The notes under the pieces were generated by a model. The model did not search any database, had not been told where the DNA came from, and worked only from the letters and a program-made list of their open reading frames with translations. A stretch of 64,000 nt of DNA from NCBI GenBank assembly GCA_048128005.1, contig JBEUKZ010000065.1:124001-188000 (forward strand), in the 5' to 3' direction. A program made the position numbers and the translations under genes. Positions 50,979-63,695 of this stretch are shown piece by piece. Within the stretch, counting starts at the first letter, position 1; every line of letters starts with the position of its first letter. Origin of the DNA: Veleropilina oligotropha. Its lineage: Eukaryota.

Positions 50979-53849
50979 CTGCAGATAAGGGAGCAATCCT
51001 CCTTGGTTTGTAGCAGAACTCCGCTTGTTTACGTGTGGTAAGCGAGAAGTTATCCAGAACCTGTCCTGGGTCTCTAACTTGTGTGCAATGCACGGCGGAG
51101 CAGAGGACAGCAGTCAGATTATGAGTGGCACCAGGGGCGGAGCTTCCGCGTCTGGAATGTGCCAAAAGTCGGCGAACACGGGTAAGAGTGGCCAGCAAAC
51201 AGCACAGACTAACCGTTATGTATGGCAATACTCATCTTATGCATATCACCAATGCTGTACACACAGATCCACAATGGCCTTGTAACTAATATGGCTCAAT
51301 AGCTTATAAATATTCAGTTCAACAAAGCAAGAGTGCAAGCCCTGATGAAATAGATACAATCCAGGCTCCACCCACTGGCTAAATGCGACGACTTACTCTG
51401 GTCACCTCTGAGAAACTGTATATTATGGATCAGATCAAACTGTATCCCAGGTTCTGCCTCAGGCAAAGCCTCATAATGCTTACTGCCACTTTATGAGGGA
51501 GATATTACATTATTGTTGGAAACTCATTACAGAAGTGTTCGACAACACATGGCTGGGAGATATGCCCTATCAACCAAGGAAGGGGGTTATTTAGGGGAGA
51601 ATCAGAGTTTAACCCTTAGAGTTCAAATCTTACACAAATAAATGTACTCGCAAAGCATAATATGTTAAATACACTTATATATAAATATTTTTATAACTCG
51701 GCGGCCGGATGCTATTTTATGATTTCACACTGAAAGGTGATGTGCTAGAATCAATCATCATTCTTTCATGCTAATCATTGCATGGATGATACAATGTCGC
51801 CACCATGAAATCAGATTGATATTGTTCCGAAAATATTTTGCTCTATGACAGTATCCATTATTTCCAAATTTGTTTTAGTTTTTTTTGCGAAAATATCATT
51901 CTTAAACCTGTTTAAATCATAACTTCTATTGATAACATACATGACTTCCTTTAATTTACAGCAATTTTATTAGATTAACCCAGTAGTCGCTAAATGCGGA
52001 TAATGTACTCATATGAGATTTAATTACAATGCATATTGGATATTTAATATTACATGAAATAATTTAGCAAGGAGATTTGCATTATCAGATTTTCTTTGAA
52101 ATTAAATTAACATGTAGATCCTGTCAGGTTTTGATCGATATATATATATATATAAATATAGTTCAGACTCAAATATATTAGGGACAATAAATTTTAGTGA
52201 TAGATGGGCATCAATAACCAGTTATATATGTTAAGGGACCCAGTTTATCAGACTGTTGTGTTGGGAGTATCACATTACTCCCTTCTATTAACTACTATGC
52301 TACTTCAAGTTATTCCTGACAAGAAAATGCAAATTTGCATGGTGTATGCATAAAGACAGTATATAAATTACTTCATTAACTATGATAGAACATTTAATGC
52401 CACGAAATGCACTTTAATGGCAAATATGGCCAGGAATATTTCCTTAGGGAACAAGAACTGTCAAAGTAAGTGACAGCAAAAATCTGGATTGATTGAACAT
52501 GGACCAGAAAGTAACAACACAACAGGGAAATATTAACGTACAATATGTCAAAATGGGCAATTAATATTTATGTACCTCTGGATGCTACAAAAATTTGTCA
52601 TACATGTCAACAATCATTTAGTTATTTTGAAAATTTAATTAAACAAGATACAAGCTAGCACAGCCCACAACGCGCGATACCACACATCCCCGCTTGGCGC
52701 CTTTACTCTCATCCCATACCCCCGCTTGGCGCCTTTACTCTCACCCCATACCCCCGCTTGGCATCTGGACTCTCACCTCACACCCACGCTTGGCACCTTG
52801 ACTCTCACCCCATATCCCCGCTTGGCACCTTGACTCTCACCCCACATCCCCACTTGGCACCTTGACTCTCACCCCACACCCCCACTTGGCACATTGCCTC
52901 TCACCCCACACCCCCACTTGGCACCTTGACTCTCACCCCACACCCCCACTTGGCACATTGCCTCTCACCCCACACCCCCACTTGGCACCTTGACTCTCAC
53001 CCGACATCCCCACTTGGCACCTTGACTCTCACCCCACACCCCCACTTGGCACGTTGCCTCTCACCCCACACCCCGGCTTGGCACCTTGACTCTCATCCAT
53101 ACCCCCGGCACCTTGATTCTCATCTCACACTCCATTTGGCACCTTGACTCTCACCCCACACCCCCAATTGGCACCTTGAGCCTCATCCCACACCCACACT
53201 TGGCACCTTGACTCTCACCCCACACCCCCGCTTGGCACCTGGACTCTCATCCATACCCCCACTTGGCACCTTGATTCTCATCTCACACTCCTTTTGGCAC
53301 CTCGACTCTCACCCCACACCCCCAATTGGCACCTTGAGCCTCACCCCACACCCACATTTGGCACCTTGACTCTCACCCCACACCCCCGCTTGGCACCTGG
53401 ACTCTGAGACCTCATACCCCCACTTGGCACCTTGAGTCAAACCCCACTTGGCACCTTGATTCTCATCCATACCCCCACTTGGCACCTTGATTCTCATCTC
53501 ACACTCCTTTTGGCACCTCGACTCTCACCCCACACCCCCAATTGGCACCTTGAGCCTCACCCCACACCCACATTTGGCACCTTGACTCTCACCCCACACC
53601 CCCGCTTGGCACCTGGACTCTGAGACCTCGTACCCCCACTTGGCACCTTGAGTCAAACCCCACTTGGCACCTTGATTCTCATCCATACCCCCACTTGGCA
53701 CCTTGATTCTCATCTCACACTCCTTTTGGCACCTCGACTCTCACCCCACACCCCCAATTGGCACCTTGAGCCTCACCCCACACCCACACTTGGCACCTTG
53801 ACTCTCACCCCACACCCCCGCTTGGCACCTGGACTCTCACCTCGTACCC

Positions 53850-54784
53850 CAGGGTTCGTACAGGTATATGTCGAACAAATTTAAGGCCTTTTTAAGGCCT
53901 TTTCAAGGCTTACTTGACAAAATTCAAGGCCAAATAAAATGAACTAAATAAAGGTTTAATATCAACCATACACTATAAGTAAGGAGTGTATCTGCTTATT
54001 ACAAGTAATGTTATCAGCGTCTCTCACTTCGTGTTTGTGTTCATCAAAATAAGACGGCACTGTCGATATCATAGAGCCATGTGCTCGTTCGTTCAGCTGA
54101 TGAGCGCGACTTCGTGCATGGGATTTAACAGCCGATTCGCCCATCTTTGACAGATCAAATGCTTTGTAACACAATTTGCATTTTCCTTTATGTCTGTCAT
54201 CCTTAACAGCTTGCAACCATTCATATTTCGCACACCATTGCTTATTAAACACCGTTCGACCCATATTTTCGACAACCAAATGTATGTTAGACAACCGCAT
54301 GCACGCGCTATCGGTTGCGTACCTAATTAACATAGATTGAGTAACTATTGTTGTCCTGAGGGCATTCGTGAGTGTACTAATCTCGGAAATCACCGACAAT
54401 AATTATGAACGAGTAATACACGCTTAAATGCACAGTACGGAAACATCCGAGGTTTTCCGGTTCTTGGCCACGTTGGAAAATCGCCCTGTATTATGGCTGC
54501 TTTGTGACCGATTTCAAACGTGGCCAAGAAACGGATATGCTGTCCTATGAAAAGTTTAGCTTCCAAGCGACTGTGGTGCGAACAACACTTCCCGTTACGA
54601 CATCAATGTGGAATGCCGTCGTTAATCTCACAACTAAGGTTGTTTATACGTTTTGTTTGAAATTCAAGGCCTTTTCAAGGCATTTTGTCATATTTCAAGG
54701 CCTTTTCAAGGCAAATTCCGATTTAAGGCCTTTTCAAGGCAAACACTCGAAATCAAGGCCTTTTCAAGGTGCGTACGAACCCTG
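53850..54784 (-). mobile_element. Internally deleted hAT-like (hAT5-type) DNA transposon, 935 bp
   Basis: Perfect 12-bp TIRs CAGGGTTCGTAC / GTACGAACCCTG, subterminal TTCAAGGCCTT repeats, 5-bp TSD TACCC. The empty site CTCGTACCCCCAC is present in a neighbouring unit (~54933). Confidence 0.9.
53962..54264 (-). pseudogene. Truncated transposase N-terminus with a BED/TTF-like zinc finger
   Basis: MGRTVFNKQWCAKYEWLQAVKDDRHKGKCKLCYKAFDLSKMGESAVKSHARSRAH shows a W..WL, CxxC..H..H pattern. It is a 100-codon ORF inside the TIRs with no DDE domain. Confidence 0.8.
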
Positions 54785-57700
54785 TACCCCCACTTGGCAC
54801 CTTGAGTCAAACCCCACTTGGCACCTTGACTCTCACCCCATACCCCCAATTGGCACCTTGAGCCTCACCCCACACCCACACTTGGCACCTTGACTCTCAC
54901 CCCACACCCCCGCTTGGCACCTGGACTCTCACCTCGTACCCCCACTTGGCACCTTGAGTCAAACCCCACTTGGCCCTTGACGCTCATCCATACCCCCGCT
55001 TGGCACCTTGATTCTCACCCCATACCCCGCTTGGCACCTGAACTCTTACCTCTTACCCACACTTGGCACCTTGAGTCACACCCCACACCCCTGCTTGGCA
55101 TCTTGAATCTCACCCCACACCCCCAATTGGCACTTCGAATCTCACCCCATACCCCGCTTGGCACCTTGACTCTCACCTCTTACCCCCACTTGGCACCTTG
55201 AGTCTCACCTCTTACCCCCGCTTGGCACCTTGACTTTCACCCCATACCCTGCTTGGCACCTTGATTCTCACCTCTTACCCCACTTGGCACCTTGACTCTC
55301 ACCTCTTACCTCACTTGGCACCTTGACTCTCACCCCATACCCCGCTTGGCACCTTGACTCTCACCTCTTACCCCCACTTGGCACCTTCATTCTCACCCCC
55401 CCTTGGAACCTTGACTCTCATGTCAACACAAGTATATTTTGTTGTCGCTGAAGCACTGAAGGAATGCAAATGCATCAATTCATTAGAAGAGCCTTGATTA
55501 AAACATTGTGAATGTTGTTTATATCTTATAATTATTTGTAGGTGAACCTGCATATCGTCACATTATACTATTTATTATCAATCGATGGTTGTGATCAATC
55601 GATGGTTGTGATCAATTAAACGCAAAGTAACTGTGTGGTGGCCTTGACGTTCGCGTCTGAAGACAATTTATTGACGCAAATTTCGGAATATAAAAACATT
55701 ACTGACAACTAAGCAGTAATAATAATATGCATGCATGAATGCACATTTGATCTCACTCAAGTTATAATATATATTGAAACGGTGGTCATTGGCCTGTCAA
55801 CAGACAGCACATCTCGAAAATCAAAGTGCTTCAGCACTGAAAAATTGGAACGCGAAATTATTGATTTCACAACACAAAAATACTTATTTGTCAAGTTGCA
55901 GTTGACGCCCGAAGTTGAACGCAATTACGAATACCAGAGCCATGCAGATCATAGGTCAAAATGAAGGTCATTGTGCATCATTACTCACTGCTTGAATACA
56001 ATGTGCCCAACTATAGAATGGATAACGAGTTGAAATTGACCAGGAAATTTAAGTGACTTTTCTTTTGACAGACAACAATGACAAGTCAAACAGAAGTGAC
56101 AATATTGTAAATTTTGTAGGCCTTATAATATATGAAATAAAGAACACATTATATCTTGTGAGTAATTATTGTTTTTAATGTTATTGTATCTTAAATATGT
56201 TTACAATGACAATGTTTTATTAATTAAACATAGTTTATGTATAAAAATTTACATATAAATTTAAAATAATCAATACATAGACAGGTCAGCTGTACAATGT
56301 ACACTACAGCCTCGATATAATGTACCCGATATAACGTGGTAGTTGAGGTCCAAAATTTCGGAGCCGCATTGTATCCGACAGCGTTATAGGAATGGCCCGA
56401 ACGTTGTATATTTACATAGTAAGTATATTAGATGATATGATGCTACGCAATAAATTAATACAACCATTATAGTTCATTCAATGATGTGCATTTTTTAGTA
56501 AAATTAATACAATACAAATGTATGTTCATTAAAATGTATCTGGTATGTTGTTCTTAAATTATCTCATATAAATCGACGTACCGTGGGTACTTGTATTTAT
56601 TTCCGCCTTCGACGAACACAGATGTCATAATTAGCGCCCTGTTGCTCGAAGTGATATGCTTTCCTAACAGATATTAACACTTACAGTCTCTTAATTGTTC
56701 CACTTTCTTTACAGCCTGTTGACTTCATTATCGCAATGACTGCCTTTTGTTTAAATGCCTGATATTTTAATATTTATCATGCCCGACATGAATTGATTCA
56801 CCGCAACAAAAGTTATTTACTTTCGATGTAGGTGGCGCTGTACCGGCCAGAGTTCATCTGGGCACTGCCCATATTAACAACTTGGGCACTGACCAGGATA
56901 ACTACGGTATTGCTCAACTTTCCATAATAATATTAACTAAGTAACTTGTAGAGTTTACAAGTATTGTTGTAACTAGAACTGACATATTGTTCCGCAAATA
57001 TAGACGCGCTTAAAAAAATCGATAAGTACTGAATTTTATTTGACAATAGCAAATTCGAAGGTTTGGCAGTGCCAAAATTATAACTTGGATATTTTAACAT
57101 TGGGCTACAAATGCCACGCGTGTCCTATGATTAACCTCGCACCTGGCTATTTTTTTATAGCCAATCACAATAGGTCAGGAAGCCAGAACGGACATTCTTT
57201 CAAGTTCGACAAACATGTGAAACATTCGACATATATGCATATATTTCACGATTAAACAGGTATATTATTCACACTTTTTGAGGGATTGTAAACACAAAAA
57301 AGCTGATGAAATAGATTTAGACAGTTTTAGATATTTTCAACAGAAATAAATCGTCAATGTGTGCAGCAAATGTATAGTCGCAATAGCCATATGCCGCTTC
57401 TTTACCAAAGCAGTAATTTGGCCGATTGCAAGTTACGTGTATTTTTTAAACAATTATATTTGAATATGACACGGTGTCAGATGTGGGATACTACCTATAA
57501 ATTGACCACATTCCATTACAGAAGTGGGTGTTACTTGAAACATCGGATGGAAAAGTTGTGAAAGTGACCTGAATTTTTGTTCAATGAGATAAGAGCGCGA
57601 AATTTGAATTGTAGGGGACCAGAGTTTCAAAACTAGCTTATAACAATACTCCGCAGTTCCTACGTCCCAAAAAATGGTGAAAGCTATTGATGTGTCTGAT

Positions 57701-58445
57701 GAAGAAAAATCCTGTATTGTGGTACACTAGACATTGCTCCAGTCAAAAGCATCAGCCATTAATCACTACAGAATTCAAGTTTTATTTAAATTTAAATATT
57801 TCATAAAAGTGAAAACTAGCAAAAAACACAATTATTTGCTGTTGTTAATGTGTGCAAAAGTATATATAGCTTTATGATTTTGAAGATACGCTCTGAACAA
57901 AATTTATGTTTTACAGATAAAATATATGTCATTCTTATTGAAAAACGGATACTAATGCCTTGATCTAACTGTAGACTAGTATCCTTTCTCGGCATGTCGA
58001 TCTAATTTCATTTTTTTGTTAAATTTCATAAATGTCAAAGAAGTGAAAGGCGCATGTACTCAAACTTAGTCAATGTCTGTGACATTATTGCGCAGCTATT
58101 CTTTGTTTTTGGTGATATACTCCAGACAAAAGCCTCAGAAATTTTAAATTTCCAAAAGAGACGTGATGTGAATCATTTTAGTTTTTCGAAACTTTTTCAG
58201 TCGTATTTGTAGTCAAACATTGTAAGACATTGCAATGCTCACCAAACATTACTTATAATACGGGATACTCTACGCTACAAATCCGGGTTTCCAGGAATGC
58301 AATATTATTATTATGATGACAACCTGATGAATAATCATACCTGTGCATCGAATCAAAATATACCAATTAGTGCCCTCAAAAACAAAATACCTTATCAGAG
58401 TGAATTATACAGTAATAAACCTACTTGGGCAGTCTCAGGAAAGGG

Positions 58446-59410
58446 CAGGGCCGTAGCCAGGGGGGGTTTGAGGGGTTCGGTCGAACCCCCCCTTGCCACA
58501 GGATTGCCCTTAAAGTCAGAGTCAATATGTTTTACAGTGGCTCCTTTACAGTTATCAATTGAATATGTATTTTTTGAATGCTGATTAACTTTAAATACTA
58601 AAATTTTCATGATGGGGCGCATCGTTGATAGTAATGTAAAATTAAGCCCCTTCCCCCTAAATGAAATCTAGGGTCATAACGGGATATGTGCATATTCTTG
58701 GCAAGCGTACATGGACGTTTACAGGGGGGGAGGGGGGGGCGCAAGAAATAGGCCTACACATATGTTATGAACATGGTGCATATATTTATAACTGGCCAAA
58801 AACATCGCATTTACAGCTTCAAAACTCAGGAAAAGCTGTTTCATAGTTTTCAATATTAAAGTTTTCTTGCACGTGGGCACACAGTTAATACTATTATAGT
58901 GAATTAAAAACACATCATATACATCCTAAGAATGCAGGAAAAGCTGTTTGTTTTAAATACCAAAATTTTCTTGCGCGTGGGGATGAGGCCCCACGCACGT
59001 TGATAGTAATATGAAAACATCGCATTTGCAACATCAGAATGCAGGAGAAGCTGTTCCACAGTTGTAAATACCAAAATATACTTGACCGTGGGGCCCCAAC
59101 CCACACACATCGTTGCTCAATAGTAATCTAAAAACATCGCATATGCAACATCAGAATGCAGCAGAAGCTGTTCCAGTTTTAAATACTAAAATTTTCTTGA
59201 GCGCGGGGCCCTATCCCCACGCAGACCGTCTATAAACAAAATTCAATTACCATTTTTATGCTTACTTCAGGCATTTTCAAGTGCTATTATTGTTACAAAC
59301 AAAGCAATTTCATTACTTTGTCACATACCAATATTGTAAAATTGATGGCCAATTATGTCCCAACCAAGATATATTCGAACCCCCCTTCACAAAATCCTCA
59401 CTAACTATGT
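58446..59410. mobile_element. Decayed hAT-like non-autonomous element
   Basis: Left end CAGGGCCGTAGCCAGGGGGGG..CGAACCCCCCC, ~115-bp internal repeats and a degenerate right end CGAACCCCCCTTCACAAAATCCT. TSD not recognisable. Confidence 0.55.
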
Positions 59411-60371
59411 GAGCAGGGATTTATAATTCACAACAGATTTTCAACATAAACTGTAACAATTTGCGTTTGTGTTCTGGTGTTTCCCAAGGCGGGCCTGGTC
59501 AGCAAACACAGCCTGCCATGTTTCAAGCTTGTCTGAACAGAATTGAAAACAGAGACCCCCTCGAACTGGAGGCACTGACCGTGAACACATCAAACCTGAA
59601 GCAAATTTGAGTTAATTATGGCCTTGTGGTACTCTTCAGTTGTAGCACTGACTTAACCCAAACAACTGGAGAAGCAACTCTGCCTGAACAAGAAGATAGC
59701 ACACGGAAATATACACAAAATGATTGCTAGGGCACCTGAAACGGGACCCTATAATTATCTCAGAGTAATCCCGTGATAAAGCACCAGGGCCACTGCACAC
59801 CGCGGCCCGAAATGCGTCTTCCTTTATGCTTTAACCGAGGCGGTATTTCCACCTGGCTAGATGCGTGTTGTTACGCAGCACAGATAACAACGAGCAGGTA
59901 ATTACAGTGCGTGGATATAATATACGAGACTGAGTAATAATGAGCAGTGATGTCTTAATAAAACTCTCATACACTGGGTGCAGTGGCCAGCACAAATGCC
60001 CAACGGAGCACGCAATGCGCTACTAAATCTCACATTCAATTCGCAGCCGTTGTGTCAAAGCGAAACAAGGCTTTGATAGCCGAATTGAAATCATCTCCTG
60101 AAACCCAATCAATACTGAAAGCAAAGCATACATGAAGATATTAATTATTGTTAAAAGGATATATACATTGTTTGTACATAATGAGAATTTAAATTAAAAA
60201 TATGTTGCAAATAGGTTCAAATGGACCTGTATAAAACCACAAGTTAAACTATATCTAATACACTCAGATTCATACAAACAGACATGTGCAGTAAGGTGTG
60301 TGTTGGTTTATACATGTTTGATGTCAGTTTAGTGAGGTTCTCAGTACTCTATGGCCATATATTATGTGTCG

Positions 60372-62322
60372 TCTGGCCGTGGTTGGAGGCAGCTACAGAT
60401 CATGGGTCAAGCATTCAGTGGATGAGATGTTTCCTCTGGTCGTGGTAAATGGGGGCAGCTACAGGAGTCAAGCATTCAATGAATGATATGATTCCTCTGA
60501 CCGTGGTTGGAAGCAGCTACAGGAGTCAAGCATTAAATGGATGAGATGATTCCTCTGGTCATGGTGGGGGAAGCTACAGGAGTCGAGCATTCAGTGGATG
60601 AGATGTTTCCTCTGGTCATGGTTGGGGGCAGCTACAGGAGTCAAGCATTCAGTGGATGAGATGTTTCCTCTGGCCATGGTTGGGGGCAGCTACAGGAGTC
60701 AAGCATTCAGTGGATGAGATGATTCCTCTGGTCATGGTTGGGGGCAGCTACAGGAGTCAAGCATTCAGTGGATGAGATGATTCCTCTGGTCATGGTTGGG
60801 GGCAGCTACAGGAGTCAAGCATTCAGTGGATGAGATGATTCTTCTGGCCATGGTTGGGGGCAGCTACAGGAGTCAAGCATTGTGGATGAGATGATTCTTC
60901 TAGCCATGGTTGGGGGCAGCTACAGGAGTCGAGCATTCAGTGGATGAGATGTTTCCTCTGGTCATGGTTGGGGGCAGCTACAGGAGTCAAGCATTCAGTG
61001 GATGAGATGATTCCTCTGGTCATGGTTGGGGGCAGCTACAGGAGTCAAGCATTCAGTGGATGAGATGATTCCTCTGGTCATGGTTGGGGGCAGCTGCAGG
61101 AGTCGAGCATTCAGTGGATGAGATGTTTCCTCTGGCCATGGTTGGGGCAGCTGCAGGAGTCAAGCATTCAGTGGATGAGATGATTCCTCTGGTCATGGTT
61201 GGGGGCACCTACAGGAGTCAAGCATTCAGTGGATGAGATGTTTCCTCTGGTCATGGTTGGGGGCAGCTACAGGAGTCGAGCATTCAGTGGATGAGATGTT
61301 TCCTCTGGTCATGGTTGGGGGCAGCTACAGGAGTCAAGCATTCAGTGGATGAGATGATTCCTCTGGTCATGGTTGGGGGCAGCTACAGGAGTCAAGCATT
61401 CAGTGGATGAGATGTTTCCTCTGGTCATGGTTGGGGGCAGCTACAGGAGTCAAGCATTCAGTGGATGAGATGTTTCCTCTGGTCATGGTTGGGGGCAGCT
61501 ACAGGAGTCAAGCATTCAGTGGATGAGATGATTCTTCTGGCCATGGTTGGGGGCAGCTACAGGAGTCAAGCATTCAGTGGATGAGATGCTTCCTCTGGCC
61601 ATGGTTGGGGGCAGCTACAAGAGTCAAGCATTCAGTGGATGCGATGTTTACTCTGGTCATGGTTGGGGGCAGCTACAGGAGTCGAGCATTCAGTGGATGA
61701 GATGTTTCCTCTGGTCATGGTTGGGGGCAGCTACAGGAGTCAAGCATTCAGTGGATGAGATAATTCCTCTGGTCATGGTTGGGGGCAGCTACAGGAGTCA
61801 AGCATTCAGTGGATGAGATGTTTCCTCTGGTCATGGTTGGGGGCAGCTACAGGAGTCAAGCATTCAGTGGATGAGATGTTTCCTCTGGTCATGGTTGGGG
61901 GCAGCTACAGGAGTCAAGCATTCAGTGGATGAGATGATTCTTCTGGCCATGGTTGGGGGCAGCTACAGGAGTCAAGCATTCAGTGGATGAGATGCTTCCT
62001 CTGGCCATGGTTGGGGGCAGCTACAAGAGTCAAGCATTCAGTGGATGCGATGTTTACTCTGGCCATGGTTGGGGGCAGCTACAAGAGTCAAGCGTTCAGT
62101 GGAAAAGATGATTCTTCTGGTCATGGTTGGGGGCAGCTACAGGAGTCAAGCATTCAGTGGATGAGATGTTTCCTCTGGCCATGGTTGGGGGCAGCTACTG
62201 GAGTCAGTGGGTGTTTATAAGATATTGACATCTGTTTAGTAAGGCTCATTCATGGTGCTTTATGGTCCTGCGATTCATCTGACCATGGGTGGGAGGCAGC
62301 ACCGGGAGTCAAGCATCCGTGG
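60372..62322. repeat. Minisatellite, 58-bp unit, ~33 copies with degenerate edges
   Basis: Unit GGTTGGGGGCAGCTACAGGAGTCAAGCATTCAGTGGATGAGATGWTTCCTCTGGYCAT. Confidence 0.98.
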
Positions 62323-62494
62323 ACCATCTGACTGTCTATCTGGCAACCCAATATTTTAACATGACCATAATGAAAACAGGCAAAATCGAGCAGTACATTG
62401 ATTTACCAGTTTCACAAATATAACAAGAAGTGTAGTGGGAGTCGCACATTATCTCATCGGCTTTGCCATAATTGATGGAATGTAAATTTGAAGT

Positions 62495-63495
62495 TGATAG
62501 AGGGGAATAACTGCACAAATACTTGTTGAAATTCTAGTGAAATGTAACTCGACCCCTGTGCTTTATTTGCAATACAGTCACAAGATTTGAACAATATCTG
62601 ATGAAAGGTTCTGAAGATAATTGACGGAAACTAAATATTTATGTCGAAAAAGGGAGACAACTGTGGAAATATTAGTCGAAGTTCTGTTGAAATCGAATTG
62701 ACCTCCAAGCTATTATTTGGATATCAGTCATAAGATTTGAACAACAGTCGAAAAAGGGGCATAACTGTGGTGATACTTGTCGGAATAATACCAAATTCAA
62801 TAGGCATCTAGTTTATGGCCCAATAAATCTGAATACCAAATTTGAACTCCCTAGTCATCACGGTTTTCGCAATAACCTGTTCGTCGTCAAAAACAATTTT
62901 TTTCTATCAAACAAGAGGCCTTTCGACCTATCTAGCTCCACTGGAAAGGGTTCATCAATTTAGGCAAATAACTAGAAATTTGAGCAGCAATTCCCCATGT
63001 AATAGCACACCAAAGTAGAAAAAAATATCAGTTTCAGAGTTATTCCTGATATCCTGTTCACGTCATGAGAAACGGAATTTTAATGTCGGAAAAGGGGGAT
63101 AACTGTGTGAATATTTGTCGGAATAACATCAAATCCCATAGAAACCTAGTTTATGTCCCTATAAACATGCATACCAAATTTGAACTCCCTAGCTATTACG
63201 GTTTTCCTGATATCCCGTTCACGTCGTCTATACAGACGGTCGTGAAATTTATGTCGATAATAGAGGATAATTGTGCAAACATTTGTCAGAATAACTTCAA
63301 ATTCAATAGGAACCTAGTTTATGTCCAAATGAACCTGAATGAACCTGAATACCAAATTTGAACACCCTACCTATGACGGTGTTTCTGATATCCTGTTCAC
63401 GTCGTCTATACGGAAGGACGAGAAATATCTGTAGAAAAGGGAGGATAACTGTGCAAATATTCGGCGGCATAATCTCAAATTCAATAGGATATTTT
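62495..63495 (+). mobile_element. Decayed HINE-like core repeats (one or two elements)
   Basis: Diverged ~170-180-bp units with GATAACTGTG..TTGTCGGAATAA..ATACCAAATTTGAAC, and a HINE-type start AAACAAGAGGCC near 62909. Confidence 0.55.
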
Positions 63496-63653
63496 GACCG
63501 GATATTTTGATCGGATTTCCCAAAAGCCATCACACCACACCCGGATATTATCACAATGGACAATATCCGCGGCTATTATGCAATGACCATGACAAGACAT
63601 GATACCAACAAGCGAGGGTATAAAAGGCTGAACCCATATAGAACCATGGACAC

Positions 63654-63695
63654 CCCTCTGATGAAGACCCATTAGTGGGTCGAAACCGGTCAGGG
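63654..63695 (+). ncRNA. Minimal type I hammerhead ribozyme (Penelope-associated type)
   Basis: Stem I CCCT/AGGG; core CTGATGA (63658-63664) plus an extra A; stem II GACCCA-TTAG-TGGGTC; GAAA (63682-63685); palindromic stem III ACCGGT; cleavage triplet GTC ending at 63691. Confidence 0.85.

Larger units (their letters stand above)
52681..55420. repeat. C-rich minisatellite, ~33-bp unit, with a 216-bp higher-order duplication; split by a hAT element
   Basis: Unit approximately CACCCCCACTTGGCACCTTGACTCTCACCCCA; identical ORF translations at 53309 and 53525 show the 216-bp period. Confidence 0.95.

Noticed and set aside
54098..54125. Other CTGATGA motifs (also ~2239, 8310, 51343, 57303, 57696, 62598)
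   Set aside because: None is followed by a helix II plus GAAA and an NUH cleavage site.
11893..62322. Arrays with 26-47 bp units resembling CRISPR repeats
   Set aside because: No unique spacers between units, no cas genes, and an animal repeat context.
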